DNA from: Octopus vulgaris | Taxonomy: Eukaryota | Assembly: GCA_951406725.2 (NCBI GenBank) | Contig: OX597826.1 | Span: forward strand, 60,822,001 to 60,886,000 | Length of the DNA: 64,000 nt | Direction of reading: 5' to 3' | Shown here: positions 28,361-40,723 of the stretch, in pieces | Position numbering within the stretch: the stretch's first letter is position 1 | Layout: each line of letters begins with the position of its first letter | The notes under the pieces: generated by a model | The model's input: the letters and a program-made list of their open reading frames with translations, nothing else | Told to the model about the DNA's origin: nothing | Database searches by the model: none | Program-made: the position numbers and the translations under genes

Positions 28361-28443
28361 TACTTTGATACTTTGATACTTTGATACTTTGATAGGTTTC
28401 GGCCATTATTGGCCCAGGCCATGTCTAACTTAATAGCACCACC
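28361..28443 (-). mobile_element. Retroposon 3' end with stem-loop and (TCAAAGTA)4 tail
   Basis: Minus strand GGCCA-ATAA-TGGCC hairpin followed by an 8-mer tandem tail, an arrangement typical of stringent LINE/SINE ends. Confidence 0.5.
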
Positions 28444-28444
28444 A

Positions 28445-28728
28445 TATATGTATATATATGTATATGTATGTATATATGTATATATGTATATATGTATGTG
28501 TACATGTTTATATATATACACATACATATATGCATACACATATATGTATGTGTATGTATATATATATCATATATATTATGTATATATGTATATGTATGTA
28601 TATATATATGTATATATATTATATTATATGTATATATATATATATATTTATCTATATATATGTATTTATATGTATATATTTATATGTTTATATAGTTATA
28701 TTTATATGTATATATATGCATTTATATG

Positions 28729-28775
<47 letters not shown>

Positions 28776-28833
28776 GCATGTATATATACATGTATATATG
28801 CATGCATATTATAATACATGTATATATATATAT
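28445..28833. repeat. Degenerate (TA)n/(TATG)n array
   Basis: Directly visible. Confidence 0.95.
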
Positions 28834-29841
28834 AAAACAAATGAATAGTTACGCCTGTGTGATGATGAATACAAAATTATTGAGGAGGATATATCAAATG
28901 AAACATTTCAGGGTAATATGACCTGCGGTAATTTATAAATGTGTGTTTGTTTGTGTGTGCATCCGAGTGTGTATAAGCGTATTGTGAATGTCTGTAAGTG
29001 TGTGTGATGATTAGTATATGATGGTGTGTGTTTTACTCATTGTCAAAGATAAGTCATCTTAGGTAATTACATTTTAATCTTTACAGGCAACCAGTTATTT
29101 AGATTAACGATTAACGTTTCCATATGGTAACTTGACTGCCCTGCATTTAATATATGATACACATTCACACAAATGTATATATGTGTGTGTGTGTGTGAGG
29201 GAGAGAGAGAGAATGTGTGTATATGTACTTATGTACATATACACATACATAACTATTTATACATACATATATGAGTATATATTTAGATAAATATATATTT
29301 ATATATATAAATGTGCATTATGAATGTATGTATGTGTATCATATTTTGTTCATCTGATATCATAAAATATCTGTAATAGAGATATTTAGAATATGATGCC
29401 AGACGTAAAATTATATACATTTATGTATATATGTACATATATATATATATATATATACATTTTATGTGTGTGAGGAGACGTATGTGTGTGGATGTGTGTG
29501 CCTGTGTCTGCGCGTGTGTGAATGTATGTGCACATATGTGTATATGTCTCTCTATGCATAAATATAAGGATGTGATGATCGTAATTATCTCACGAATAGT
29601 TAATATATACACATCAATAACGTTGTAAACGCATCTTCTTGTATATAAACGCAACATATATACACACGCGAAAGAAGAATGGATTTACTACGTTTATTAC
29701 ATCGCTTGCTAGAAACAGCAGCCAAATATTCCTGAAATCACAGCCTAGCGTAAGGAAGTGACGTATTAATTGTAAGTACATATAAATGTGGACGTGTATA
29801 TGTGAATATATAAGTATATGTGAATATTTAAGTATATTGCC

Positions 29842-30145
29842 CTCCGTCATCAACCAGGAGAATTCATCTACGAAGCAATTGCCCCAGCTCCCCTTCGGGG
29901 TTGGCAAAAACGATGTGTCGGACAACGAATAACCTGGCTGATGACAGTCAAGGCTGATCTGGAACCCAATTTAGGCCTCCATGTCTACGGCGTTCGCCGC
30001 TGGAATAGGGAGTGGTTGGTGATCACGCGGTCGTTAGCCTCAAATCGCCAGGCCTGGTCGGCGTTTGTGAGAGATGTAGCATTGAGGATAAATGAAGCTA
30101 GCTCAACCCACCCCGGGTGAATGCTGTCTCAAGACAAGACAAGAA
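29842..30145 (+). mobile_element. 5'-truncated RTE-clade LINE 3' end
   Basis: Open frame ...GWQKRCVGQRITWLMTVKADLEP...YGVRRWNREWL...LASNRQAWSAFVRD...SSTHPG*, a (CAAGA)3 tail, and flanking repeat GAATAT(T/A)TAAGTAT at 29822 and 30146. Confidence 0.82.
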
Positions 30146-30483
30146 GAATATATAAGTATCGCTGCAGCTATAATTTTCTAATTCAGCTGCTTTGCTTGCA
30201 ATGATCATTTCCTATAGACCGGGGGGCAACTTATGTCTCGTGACTGAACTGAGTAAATTGAAACTGTATGGAATCCCGTCGTATATTACTCATACGTATT
30301 GTGTTCGCCAAGGTTCTTCAGAAAGCATCGTCGGTTTGTTTACTGTCCCGTAACTTGTGGTTAGAATAAGTACCGGATTTATTTAAATAATTGTAGGATC
30401 GAGCTTTTTTTTCTAATAAGCTCTTCAATGTGCTCTTTCCTGACTAAAACAAATAATTGATAAAAGATAATTTGTAAATACGC

Positions 30484-30606
<123 letters not shown>

Positions 30607-30645
30607 ATACATATATATATACATATATATATGTATATATATCTT

Positions 30646-30678
<33 letters not shown>

Positions 30679-30812
30679 ACATATATATATATACACACCA
30701 TCATATATATATAAAGATTTTATTAATTTGCCCGTACGGCTGACAAGTCGTTTGCCACTCATGATGGTATTTTAATAATACCACCCCTTCTTATAGTTAT
30801 TTATATATCATA

Positions 30813-31297
30813 CGGGTGGCTAATTCGCAATTTTACAACCTAAAGCCAGAAATGTATACGTTACTAAAGTGAACAAGGGCACTGATCGTCACCAGTATTA
30901 CAAGAAATAAGAGTCAAAACAACTCAATAGCTACAAATGCACTGTTTTTATGAGCTGAGAAGAGAGACAATCTCCCCACGGTTGCAGATAGAACCAGATC
31001 ACCGATGATTTCGCATTTTGATGCTTAATGCATCTTAACGGGCATCAGTGCCTCTCACCGCGCCTAGTGTTAAACTCCACTCGCCTTGTCAGCTTATAAG
31101 ATTTCCGTTGAAATCATATCCTGATTTCATAAACTGTAGAAGTGAAAATTATAGATAATATGGATGGATAATTCGCAATTTTTACGACCTTAAAGCAGAA
31201 ATATATACGCCACTAAAGTGAACAAGGTCAGTAATCAGCACTAGTATTGCTAGAAACAGGAGTCAAAACACCTCAATAGCCACAAAAGCACTATCTT

Positions 31298-31299
<2 letters not shown>
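30813..31299. repeat. Diverged ~135-bp direct repeat pair, 350 bp apart
   Basis: TAATTCGCAATTTT...ACTAAAGTGAACAAGG...GAGTCAAAACA.CTCAATAGC at 30813-30950 and 31163-31299. Confidence 0.85.
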
Positions 31300-31336
<37 letters not shown>

Positions 31337-31366
31337 GAAAGAATGGAGTTGAACGACGATTTAACA

Positions 31367-31471
31367 AAATTCCTTTATTCTCGACATATGTTTCGAAGGC
31401 TGCATATTCCTAATTACGAAGGAATAAGGGGTGCATTATGCCGCCTTCTCATCAGGAAAAACAAGGAACTT
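31367..31471 (-). ncRNA. Type I hammerhead ribozyme with intact core
   Basis: Minus strand: stem I AAGTTCCTTGTTTTTC / GAGAATAAAGGAATTT; core CTGATGA (31449-31455); stem II GAAGGC..GCCTTC; GAAA; stem III AC-ATAT-GT; GUC site with predicted cut between 31383 and 31382. Confidence 0.88.
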
Positions 31472-31678
31472 ATGTCAGCATCAAGATGAACAAAAACTCT
31501 TAGATGACAGCGCACACGGAGCCCATAGCGATATTTGTATTAAAAAAATACACAAATTTCCACACGAAAGCACGTGATCTCTGCCCTTGGCATGTAGCTT
31601 CAACCGTGTTTTTCTGACGTGAATTTGTTACCCAGGTATCGGTTAACCGAATTATCCATACTAAGATAATTTATTCAA

Positions 31679-31734
<56 letters not shown>

Positions 31735-31756
31735 GTGGAAAGGAACACACGAGTTG

Positions 31757-32223
31757 ATATATATGAAAAAACAAGTCAAAAATAGAAAATGCTAAGATAA
31801 TTTTATAGTGAATCTTTCAGTACCGGTTTCGGTCATTTTGAGACCTTTTGAACTGTAACGATTAAATAATTAAATTTAGAAAAATTAGAAGAAAAGTTTT
31901 TTTAAAAGAATATTTCTATAGTAGTGTTCAGATATAAGTAGCATTCTGCCTTTCTCTGACTCCCTTGTTTGCACTTGTGTGTTCGGGGTCGTTGTGACAA
32001 CGACCCCGAACACACAAGTGCAAACAAGGGAGTCAGAGAAAGGCAGAATGCTACTTATATCTGAACACTACTATAGAAATATTCTTTTAAAAAAACTTTT
32101 CTTCTAATTTTTCTAAATTTAATTATTTAATCGTTACAGTTGAAAAGGTCTCAAAATGACCGAAACCGGTACTGAAAGATTCACTATAAAATTATCTTAG
32201 CATTTTCTATTTTTGACTTGTTT

Positions 32224-32235
<12 letters not shown>
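31757..32235. mobile_element. Near-perfect 479-bp palindrome with hammerhead variant in each arm
   Basis: Centre at 31996 with a 1-nt spacer; only mismatch seen is 31850/32142; (TA)n on both sides. Confidence 0.92.
32137..32174 (+). ncRNA. Minimal type I hammerhead, U3-A8 core variant
   Basis: CAG-TTGAAAA-GGTC-TCAAAAT-GACC-GAAA-CCGGT-A-CTG: stems I and II pair, stem III is the palindrome ACCGGT, cleavage triplet GUA. Confidence 0.65.
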
Positions 32236-32265
<30 letters not shown>

Positions 32266-33230
32266 GTACATACATTGAAAAAACACATTAATATATGTAT
32301 ATATATATATTTAATATAAACTCCTTGTGGGGTGTAAAGTTAGGTATTTCCAGAGAAGCACTCGATCCGAATACAGGGCTATCAACACGGTCGAGTTCCA
32401 GGCCAAAGCCGGAATTCCTCAGGTGTAGGATATCGAAGTTTCACGACGATCACAGTGTAAAGTGGGTTTACACGCATCTGCTTGTCTGTGTATGTGTGTA
32501 TAGAAAGCGGTATGGAAACTGATTAATGCATTGCTAAATTGACTATGTAAATATATATGAATATGTTCGGAAAAGGGGATGCATGTAAGTTATCACATTC
32601 TCTTCCCATGAGCAAAACCCCCGTAACATAATGCATTGCATGTGATCCCGGAGTAACCATCGATAGCAACTTAAAGTAGTATATATATATAATATATAGT
32701 ATATAGAGATATATAAATGTATAGAATACAATTATAATTAAAGGCACAAAAGCTACCATCCCTATATCCTAGACATATAGACTCCAAACACGTTCAGCTA
32801 CTCTAAATTTTCACTTCACAATATACACAGGTTGAAACTGCGAAACTAGACTCACCAAAACTTCATAATTCAGATAGTTTTGGATTGATCAATTTCTGCA
32901 TTAGTTTAATAACTTTTCCTTCATCAGCAAAAAATTACTGAGCAAAAAAAATAATAAAATATTTATACATACTCACATTAAAGCACACGCAAAATGCGAT
33001 TACATACAAATATTCACAAGTATATACCCATCGAATTTCGATACATTAAGTGCCAGTTGCGTACTGGGGCGATCCAATCGAGCCTTGTGCCTAGTGTAGG
33101 AAAGAATATATTATAAACATATATACATCTTTATACATACATATATATTTATATAAGAAAGAGAGATATAGAAAGTGAGAGAGAGCCAAAGAGAATATGC
33201 ACATATTTTACATATATACATTGTATCATT

Positions 33231-33281
<51 letters not shown>

Positions 33282-34099
33282 AGATATATATATATATATA
33301 TATATACATAAGATATATATGCTTGAACGCACGTGTATATCAATGTATTCGTGTATGTACATGCATATGTGTAGATGTGTATATTTATGGTACACTATCA
33401 AGAATCTCGTTGCTGTTTCTTTGAACTATAATCCAGATAATCATCATCATCATCATCAACAGCAGCAGCAACAACAACGTTGATATCATCTTAATGCTAC
33501 AATCATTTTTATCTACATATTGGTAACCCTCATCATCATCATTGTAAATATCGTCTCCCTCTCTCTCCCATCTTTCTCTCTCTCTCACTCACACTCTCTC
33601 TCTCTCTGTTCTCCTTTTCGTAATCATTATCCTCCATGTCATCCCTACACTTGATATCATCTTTATTGTAAAAAAAATTTAATCATTTTAATAATAGATT
33701 ATTACCGTACATCGTCTTCATTATATTTAACACGACCACCATAGTTATCACAAATTATCACTTAATCATTATTATTTTCACTATAATCATCATCATCGTC
33801 ATCATTGACATGAACATTACCAATACTGACATCACTGTCACCAGCACCACTAGTAAAATAGACATCATTAGTACCATAATCAAAATCACCATCAACATCA
33901 CTATAATCATCATCTTCCTATCATTCACACCATCACTTTCGTGACCATCACCAGCAAAATCATCAGAACAAACATAAGTTCCTTATCGCCAAGTTCCTTA
34001 TCGCCACAAATGCCACAACTAATGTCATTTTTATTAACAACACTACTACCATGACCATCATTATCATCATCATCATCATCATCCACATCATCCTCATCC

Positions 34100-34136
<37 letters not shown>

Positions 34137-34398
34137 TCAATCTTCACGACTAATACCATCCCTGCCACCGCCACCACAATCTGCCTCGGTACCATCACCT
34201 TCACTTTCGCTGTCATCACATTATCATCATCATCATCATCATCATCGCACACACTCTTTTACTGCCGTTTCTACCACCCTCATCCCCAGCACAATCTCTA
34301 TTCCTCTACCATCACCATCAAAATCATCAGAACAAGCATCACCGCTACGGCAAGTTCCTCATCACCACAAATAGATAGATAGGTAGGTAGATAAAGAT

Positions 34399-34442
<44 letters not shown>

Positions 34443-34460
34443 TTAGATAGATAGACAAAC

Positions 34461-34505
<45 letters not shown>

Positions 34506-35682
34506 TGTTTCTTTATTAGCCACACAGGGCTGCACACAGATAGAACAAATTACAAGGTAGAGCTTTTCTTTTGAAGGTTAAAAAAAAAAAAATATTAAAA
34601 TAAAAAATAAAATAAAATAAAAAGGGGGGTCGATCAAAAGGGATCGTAAAAGGAGAGAAAGAGGACAAAAAAAGGGGGGTTAAAAAAAAAGGGGAGAGGA
34701 AAAAAAATTGATCAATAGGGATCGTTATCACAGAAATGTCAATATGAAGTGTAAAGGGGAGGACAGGTGAGGTTTACCCGTGGAAAGAAAAGCCTACGGA
34801 AAAGACCACGGTAACCTCGGTCAATGAAGTCACATGTTATATTTCTTTTTTTTTTTTTTTTTGCAAATAAGCAACTCTCTGTATTAATTTTTACGGTTCA
34901 TAGAATCATAGTCAAGGTGGCTTCGTCATTCATACGTGCCATCCTTGCTACATTCACCCATCTTTTTAAAACATTCACTAGACAAAACTTGCCTCTCTAC
35001 TCTCACTTTTTTCTTCAAGTGATACTTGAAGAAGTTGATGAGAGATTGACCAGAGAGGAAAGTGTTTGTCTCTAATCCTTTCAGACGCGTCCACCAGATA
35101 CATTCTTTCGCCATAGCCACAAGTATGATAAAAATAGCTCTTCCTTCCCGTTTGAAGGAAGGAGGCGTGACGATATTAACGATAGACTCGGCTGATAAAC
35201 CGACACGTCCCACACGTGACAGCAGTCGTTCGACATAAGCCCACAGGTGGGAAATTGCTGGACACTGCACGATTGCGTGCAGAGCGGTTTCGTCGCTCTG
35301 CCCGCATCTCGGGCAGATCGGCCCCGTGTTTCTCGAACCATGCCTATAGAGCTTATCCCGAACGGGTAGCGCTTCTCGGTAGCACCGCCAGGCCAGGGAT
35401 CTCTGGAAGTTGTCCATAGGTCCCGGGCCGAAAGTCGTTTGAAACAGGCGGGTCAGGTATTCCTCGTCGACGCCCAGGTTTGCCCCGAGCTCGTCGTCGT
35501 ACCTCCCCTCCACTAATCCCCTATAGAATGCTTTGGTTGTGTTGAAGTCACTCAAGGTCGACCCGGGACGGCAGAGTTGCTTGAGAGCAACGCGACACTC
35601 GCGGTGCCATTCGCCCTTCTTCGGCCTCTTTTTGATCCACAACTGTAGTTCGGTCATGGAGACGAGTTGCGTCACAAACGGC
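34506..35682 (-). mobile_element. 5'-truncated Tx1/L1-clade LINE (ORF2 C-terminal zinc-binding region plus 3' UTR)
   Basis: AWRCYREALPVRDKL...CPRCGQSDETALHAIVQCP (CCHC zf-RVT pattern); frameshift near 34965 before RWVNVARM; AATAAA at the 3' end; (GATA)n on both flanks. Confidence 0.9.
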
Positions 35683-35753
<71 letters not shown>

Positions 35754-35782
35754 TATAGATAGATAGATATACATACATATAT

Positions 35783-36022
35783 ATATTCGCAATGATCTCA
35801 GCACAGTAATTTTCAATAATAATTCTCCAGTAACTGTTGTGTAACATGGTAACGTGTAGCTGGGTATCTACTTCTATATCTATGTACATATGTATGTATG
35901 TGTGTGTGTGTGTGTGTATACATAGCTATAGATGTAGATATCCAGCTCCGCGTTACTATGTTACACAAGAGTTACTAGAAATTTATTATTAAATGTTGCT
36001 GTGCTGAAATCATTAGGAATAT
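35783..36022. repeat. Fold-back with ~105-bp diverged arms and a (TG)n loop
   Basis: ATATTCGCAATGATCTCAGCACAG... is inverted at ...CTGTGCTGAAATCATTAGGAATAT. Confidence 0.85.
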
Positions 36023-36348
36023 AATTTAGACGACGTCAGTAGTTTCTTAGCGGGTGGAGATAGGCTTAATCAACAATAGATGTTTTGCTTCTTCACTGAA
36101 ATGGAATATTGGTGCTGAGAAATTTAGTCATATCAACCATCTGTCAGCTGTCAAATGACGAAACAAAAATACAACAACGAACAATCCGATTACGTCTACA
36201 TTAATGCTATATGTGTGTGTGAGTGTGTACCGTTTTTGTTTTGCGTATGTGTGTGTAAGTATGTGTGTATGTTGGAAGATTGCTAATGGTCGACACTTTG
36301 GTTACTCGGAGTTGCACATCATTACACGGTATCAGAGACAGAGATAGA

Positions 36349-36580
36349 AGGTGGCGAGCTGGCAGAAACGTTAGCACGCCGGATGAAATGCTTAGCGGTA
36401 TTTCGTCTGTCGTTACGTGGTGAGTTCAAATTCCGCCGAGGTTGACTTTGCCTTTCATCCTTTCGGAGTCGATAAATTAAGTACCAGTTCCGCACTGGGG
36501 TCGATGTAATCGACTTAATACCTATGTCTGTCCTTGGTTGTCCCCTCTATGTTTAGCCCCTTGTGGGTAATAAAGAAATA
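36349..36580 (+). mobile_element. SINE family A, full length, long tail
   Basis: Complete head, body and tail; 15-bp TSD GGTATCAGAGACAGA at 36328 and 36581. Confidence 0.92.
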
Positions 36581-36652
36581 GGTATCAGAGACAGACTATT
36601 ATCTAACTGATCTGCGTGTATGTAACTCAGCAATTTACCAATAAGTATACAC

Positions 36653-36925
36653 GAGTGGTTCCCAAACTTTTTCGAGCTGCCGCCCCCTTGACATCCAGGC
36701 CACATTCCTTCTTCCCCCACCCCAACATACCCTCACAAACATTAGACCTCTTTCTGCAGCAAATTCAAAGCAACTGTATTTCACAAATAAAACTTAAACT
36801 AATGGTCTCATTATTTTGTGATTTTTACATGAATTGCTACCCCATTATCATCCCACCTTTCTTCAAGGCCCCTTTGGAACTTTCCACCACCAAGGGTTCA
36901 ATATCGCTCACTTTGGGAACCACTG
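36653..36925. mobile_element. hAT-type MITE
   Basis: TIRs GAGTGGTTCCCAAA and TTTGGGAACCACTG; perfect 8-bp TSD GTATACAC. Confidence 0.88.
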
Positions 36926-37141
36926 GTATACACCCTACTGTATATACATAAATGTAAATACTCACATACACACACGTACACAAATACACACACACACACA
37001 AACATATATATATATATGTATGTATGTATGCATGTAAAATTTAAAATAATAAGGGTGAAAATTTTAATATCAATTTGATTAATATCAATTTAAAACTAGT
37101 GGTCTAGCATATTAAAATCTGAAGATACAGAAAAATTATAT

Positions 37142-37382
37142 TACATACATATAAGGGGGATGACCACAACGTGGATATCTGCATGCTAGAAGTAGATCCG
37201 CTAAGGTCTTACCACTAAGAAAGGAATGTTCTCAAGAAAATTTTAGCAAACACCACTCTCTTACGTTCTGGCGTTCGCTAAAATTTTCTTGAGAACATTC
37301 CTTTCTTAGTGGTAAGACCATAGCGGATCTACTTCTAGCATATGGATGTCCACGTAGTGGTCATCCCTCTTATATGTATGTA
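37142..37382. repeat. Fold-back with 114-bp arms and 13-nt spacer
   Basis: ATGCTAGAAGTAGATCCGCTA.GGTCTTACCACTAAGAAAGGAATGTTCTCAAGAAAATTTTAGC is inverted at 37278-37341. Confidence 0.92.
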
Positions 37383-37539
37383 TGCATGTATGTATGTCTT
37401 CTTCGTTACCTTATTCTTTCATTTCTCCAAAACTGAACTGATATCTTATACGTCCAACACATTTATATATGAGTGCGTGTGTTTGTGTGTGTGTGCGTGT
37501 GTGTGTGTGTGTATGCGTGTGTGTGTGCGTGTGTGTGTT

Positions 37540-37599
<60 letters not shown>

Positions 37600-38164
37600 T
37601 ATATACTTCTTCTACATTCCCTATTTCTTCTTTTCCCCAAAACTGAACTGATATCCGTTGCGTCCAACTTATTGCCTTTCTCTAAACATCCGTCACACTA
37701 TTTTTCTCTCAGTGCCCTTGCCAAAATCCCGCCTTTCCCTTCCTTCTATCCTATTGTGTCTCATATTCACGCTGCCCCTGGACCTAACATCTCTTTCTTC
37801 CTTTTTCTCACTTTCCAGATGGGCAAACCACGTATTCATCTCTTCAGCAAGACACCTACTCTTCTCTCATCGGTGCCAATGTCATGGGATTATGGAAGGG
37901 CATCCAGCTGTAGAAACAGCAGATATCAAACCTGACAAAGCCTACTGGCTCATCTGTTCTCCTCAAATCGAGGTCAACATTTCGTAGACTGAACTGCCCT
38001 ACCAGCTCCAACCAAGATGTTCTAATACACTGAGAACCCAAGACAGTGACAATACATGTAAAAGCCCCGGTAATCTCTTCTAACTCTTCTGAAGCTGAGA
38101 GGCTTACACAATTCGCCACAAAGACTTTGGGTCTCTAGAGGAGAGTTTTTGGGGACGCCAAACC

Positions 38165-38397
38165 TATTTCTTTATTACCCACAATGGGCTAAACACAGAG
38201 GGTACAAACAAGGACAGACAAACGGATTAAGTCGATTACATCGACCCCAGTGCGTAACTGGTACTTAATTTATCGACCCCGAAAGGATGAAAGGCAAAGT
38301 CGACCTCGGCGGAATTTGAACTCAGAATGTAACCACAGACGAAATATGGCCGCGCATTTCGCCCGGCGTGCTAACGTTTCTGCCACCTCGCCACCTT
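38165..38397 (-). mobile_element. SINE family A, full length, long tail
   Basis: Matches 36349-36580; TSD TGGGGACGCCA(A/T)AC(C/G) at 38150 and 38399. Confidence 0.9.
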
Positions 38398-39153
38398 ATG
38401 GGGACGCCATACGTCTTCCGCAACATGAAGCTAAATGTATACAGTGTTGCTGTGTTCCTTTGCATCCTCTATGAAATGGAATGCATGGCTTTCTACAGCA
38501 GGCACATCAAAGCCTTACAACATGCCTTCTAGCTCACGTGCGAGACTGCTGAAGAAGATTTCTCAGAAGTACAGTCAAAGTCGACCAACGATGACTATGT
38601 TACGTATATCCATATGAGTATGTGTGAGTGTGCGTGTGTATAAATAAAAAGAATGAGTAGAACAATTGTTTCTAAACATATGTCTTATGTAATATTAGAA
38701 GTGGGCCGTAACGGACCGGCGTGCTCTTTTTCGTAGGTATATACCACTAGGTAGTTGAAAATAGTTGCGGAAAACCGTGTACACTTTAAGGAAACATTAG
38801 AGCAGCAAGTTACTTATACAGCCAAAATTCAGCACATAGGAGCTGTAGTGAGTACTTTGTCTCGTGTTCGTTAAAATAATGTTTTATTCATACATAGAAA
38901 TATTTATTTATGTATATATATACATGCTGGTCTGTGTATATATATGTGTGTGTGTGTGAGTGTATGTATGTGTGTGTATCCTTATGTACATATATGTATG
39001 CATATAGGTATGTGTGTATATACATACATATATTATATGTGCAAGCATTCATAGGAATATAAAAATTCATATCAACTACATCTGTCTCTCAAAAATCATA
39101 CTCCCTGTCTTTAAGTATACATTATATATGTGATAATCAAATACTGACAACGG

Positions 39154-39301
<148 letters not shown>

Positions 39302-39922
39302 TCATACTTACATACATAGAAATGTATGTATATGCTTACACACGCATACACATATATACATATATGCATTAACTATATTCAATAAAGCGATAAGAAATAC
39401 ACATTCTTTGAAGATAATTAAACGTATTGTCTACGTAAGCCATATTTTCTTTTCATTCTATATTTATTTCTTGCTATATTTATTTATCTCAGTAATATAT
39501 CTCCACAAAATCTCGAAACTCCTTTGTCAACACTTTCCTAAGGACTAAGACTGACTGAAAGATTAAAAAAATAAAAGTAAAACTAATAGAATATAACAAA
39601 AATCGACGACAATACACATCAGATGAAATAAGCTGATTCTATCGTTTGTACTATTGTATATAGTGTTTGGTGAAATAACAATATGGTTGGTTTAAGCAGA
39701 AATTTAAAGAGCAGGTATGGGAGGGAGGAGTCGTCTCATCACCATGTCTACAGAAGTCGCAGCCAATGAAGATTGTACACTAAAAATAGTAGCCAAATCC
39801 CGCTTAAATTACAGCATCGCATCTTCAGTATGTGTGTACATGCATGCTTGTATGCATAGGTTTGATTTTGTATCGGTATGCATACGCGCATGCGTGTAAA
39901 TAAATATATATATATATATATA

Positions 39923-40430
39923 CTAGCTTAAAAAACGGAATTTTGAGTTAGCCTATGCAGATGGCTAATTGGGACTGCGCCCCAAAACTAAAAAGAGAAA
40001 TAATGAAAAAGCATTCATTGGTATGCTACTATCTCAGATTTATATCGCAGAGTATCACATTTGGAGAATTTGGGATCATTGTGACATTTGGAGATCATTG
40101 TAAAGCAGTAGGATAAACAATATTCTTGATCTTACCATTTGATGTGAATATGAAAAGATTGTTGTAATTTCCAAATCTAGAACAATCAACATAGACTTGT
40201 CCATGTGAAATCCAACAATTTTGATGGATTGTCCTTGACTCTTGTTCATTAAGATTTCAAAACTATCTCTCTCTGGAAATTGGAGTCTCTTGAATTTAAA
40301 AAAGCATGTCTGCTGGGATCAGTGGTGTTCTTGAAACAAACACATTTTATTCCTCTCCTTGTCCAAAAGATCTCGACGTATTTGCGTGACAAATTGTGTT
40401 GTTCCACTCCACAGATTTGGGCATCCAAAT
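39923..40430 (-). mobile_element. Helitron remnant with PIF1-type helicase C-terminus
   Basis: Minus strand MNKSQGQSIKIVG / SHGQVYVDCSRFG...GKIKNIVYPTALQ* (about 40096-40250); candidate CTAG|T end at 39923. Confidence 0.8.
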
Positions 40431-40434
40431 TTAT

Positions 40435-40575
40435 CAACAAGCAAGTGTACTAGTTTAACGATCGGGAAAGTTTGACATTTCCAGCCTACGCTCTTCGACA
40501 GAAAGTATTAAGAGGAAAAAAAGACGGAGAGAGAACGAAAACAAAAACGGACTGAGAAAATAATGCGTAGGGATT
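40435..40575 (-). mobile_element. Terminus fragment of the same Penelope-like family as 25820-27171
   Basis: CAACAAGCA..TAGTTTAACG.TCGGGAA...AGCCTACGCTCTTCGACAGAAA shared with 25864-25943. Confidence 0.8.
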
Positions 40576-40632
40576 AACGATTCAACATGTATGTATGGAT
40601 TTATGTATGTATACACATATATATGTATGTGT

Positions 40633-40723
<91 letters not shown>

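Noticed and set aside
32880-32935. Minus-strand CTGATGA...GAAATTGATC
   Set aside because: Neither stem I nor stem II can form.
34926-35816. 296-aa ORF as a host gene
   Set aside because: Its N-terminus is (TATC)n read-through and the rest is a truncated, frameshifted LINE ORF2.
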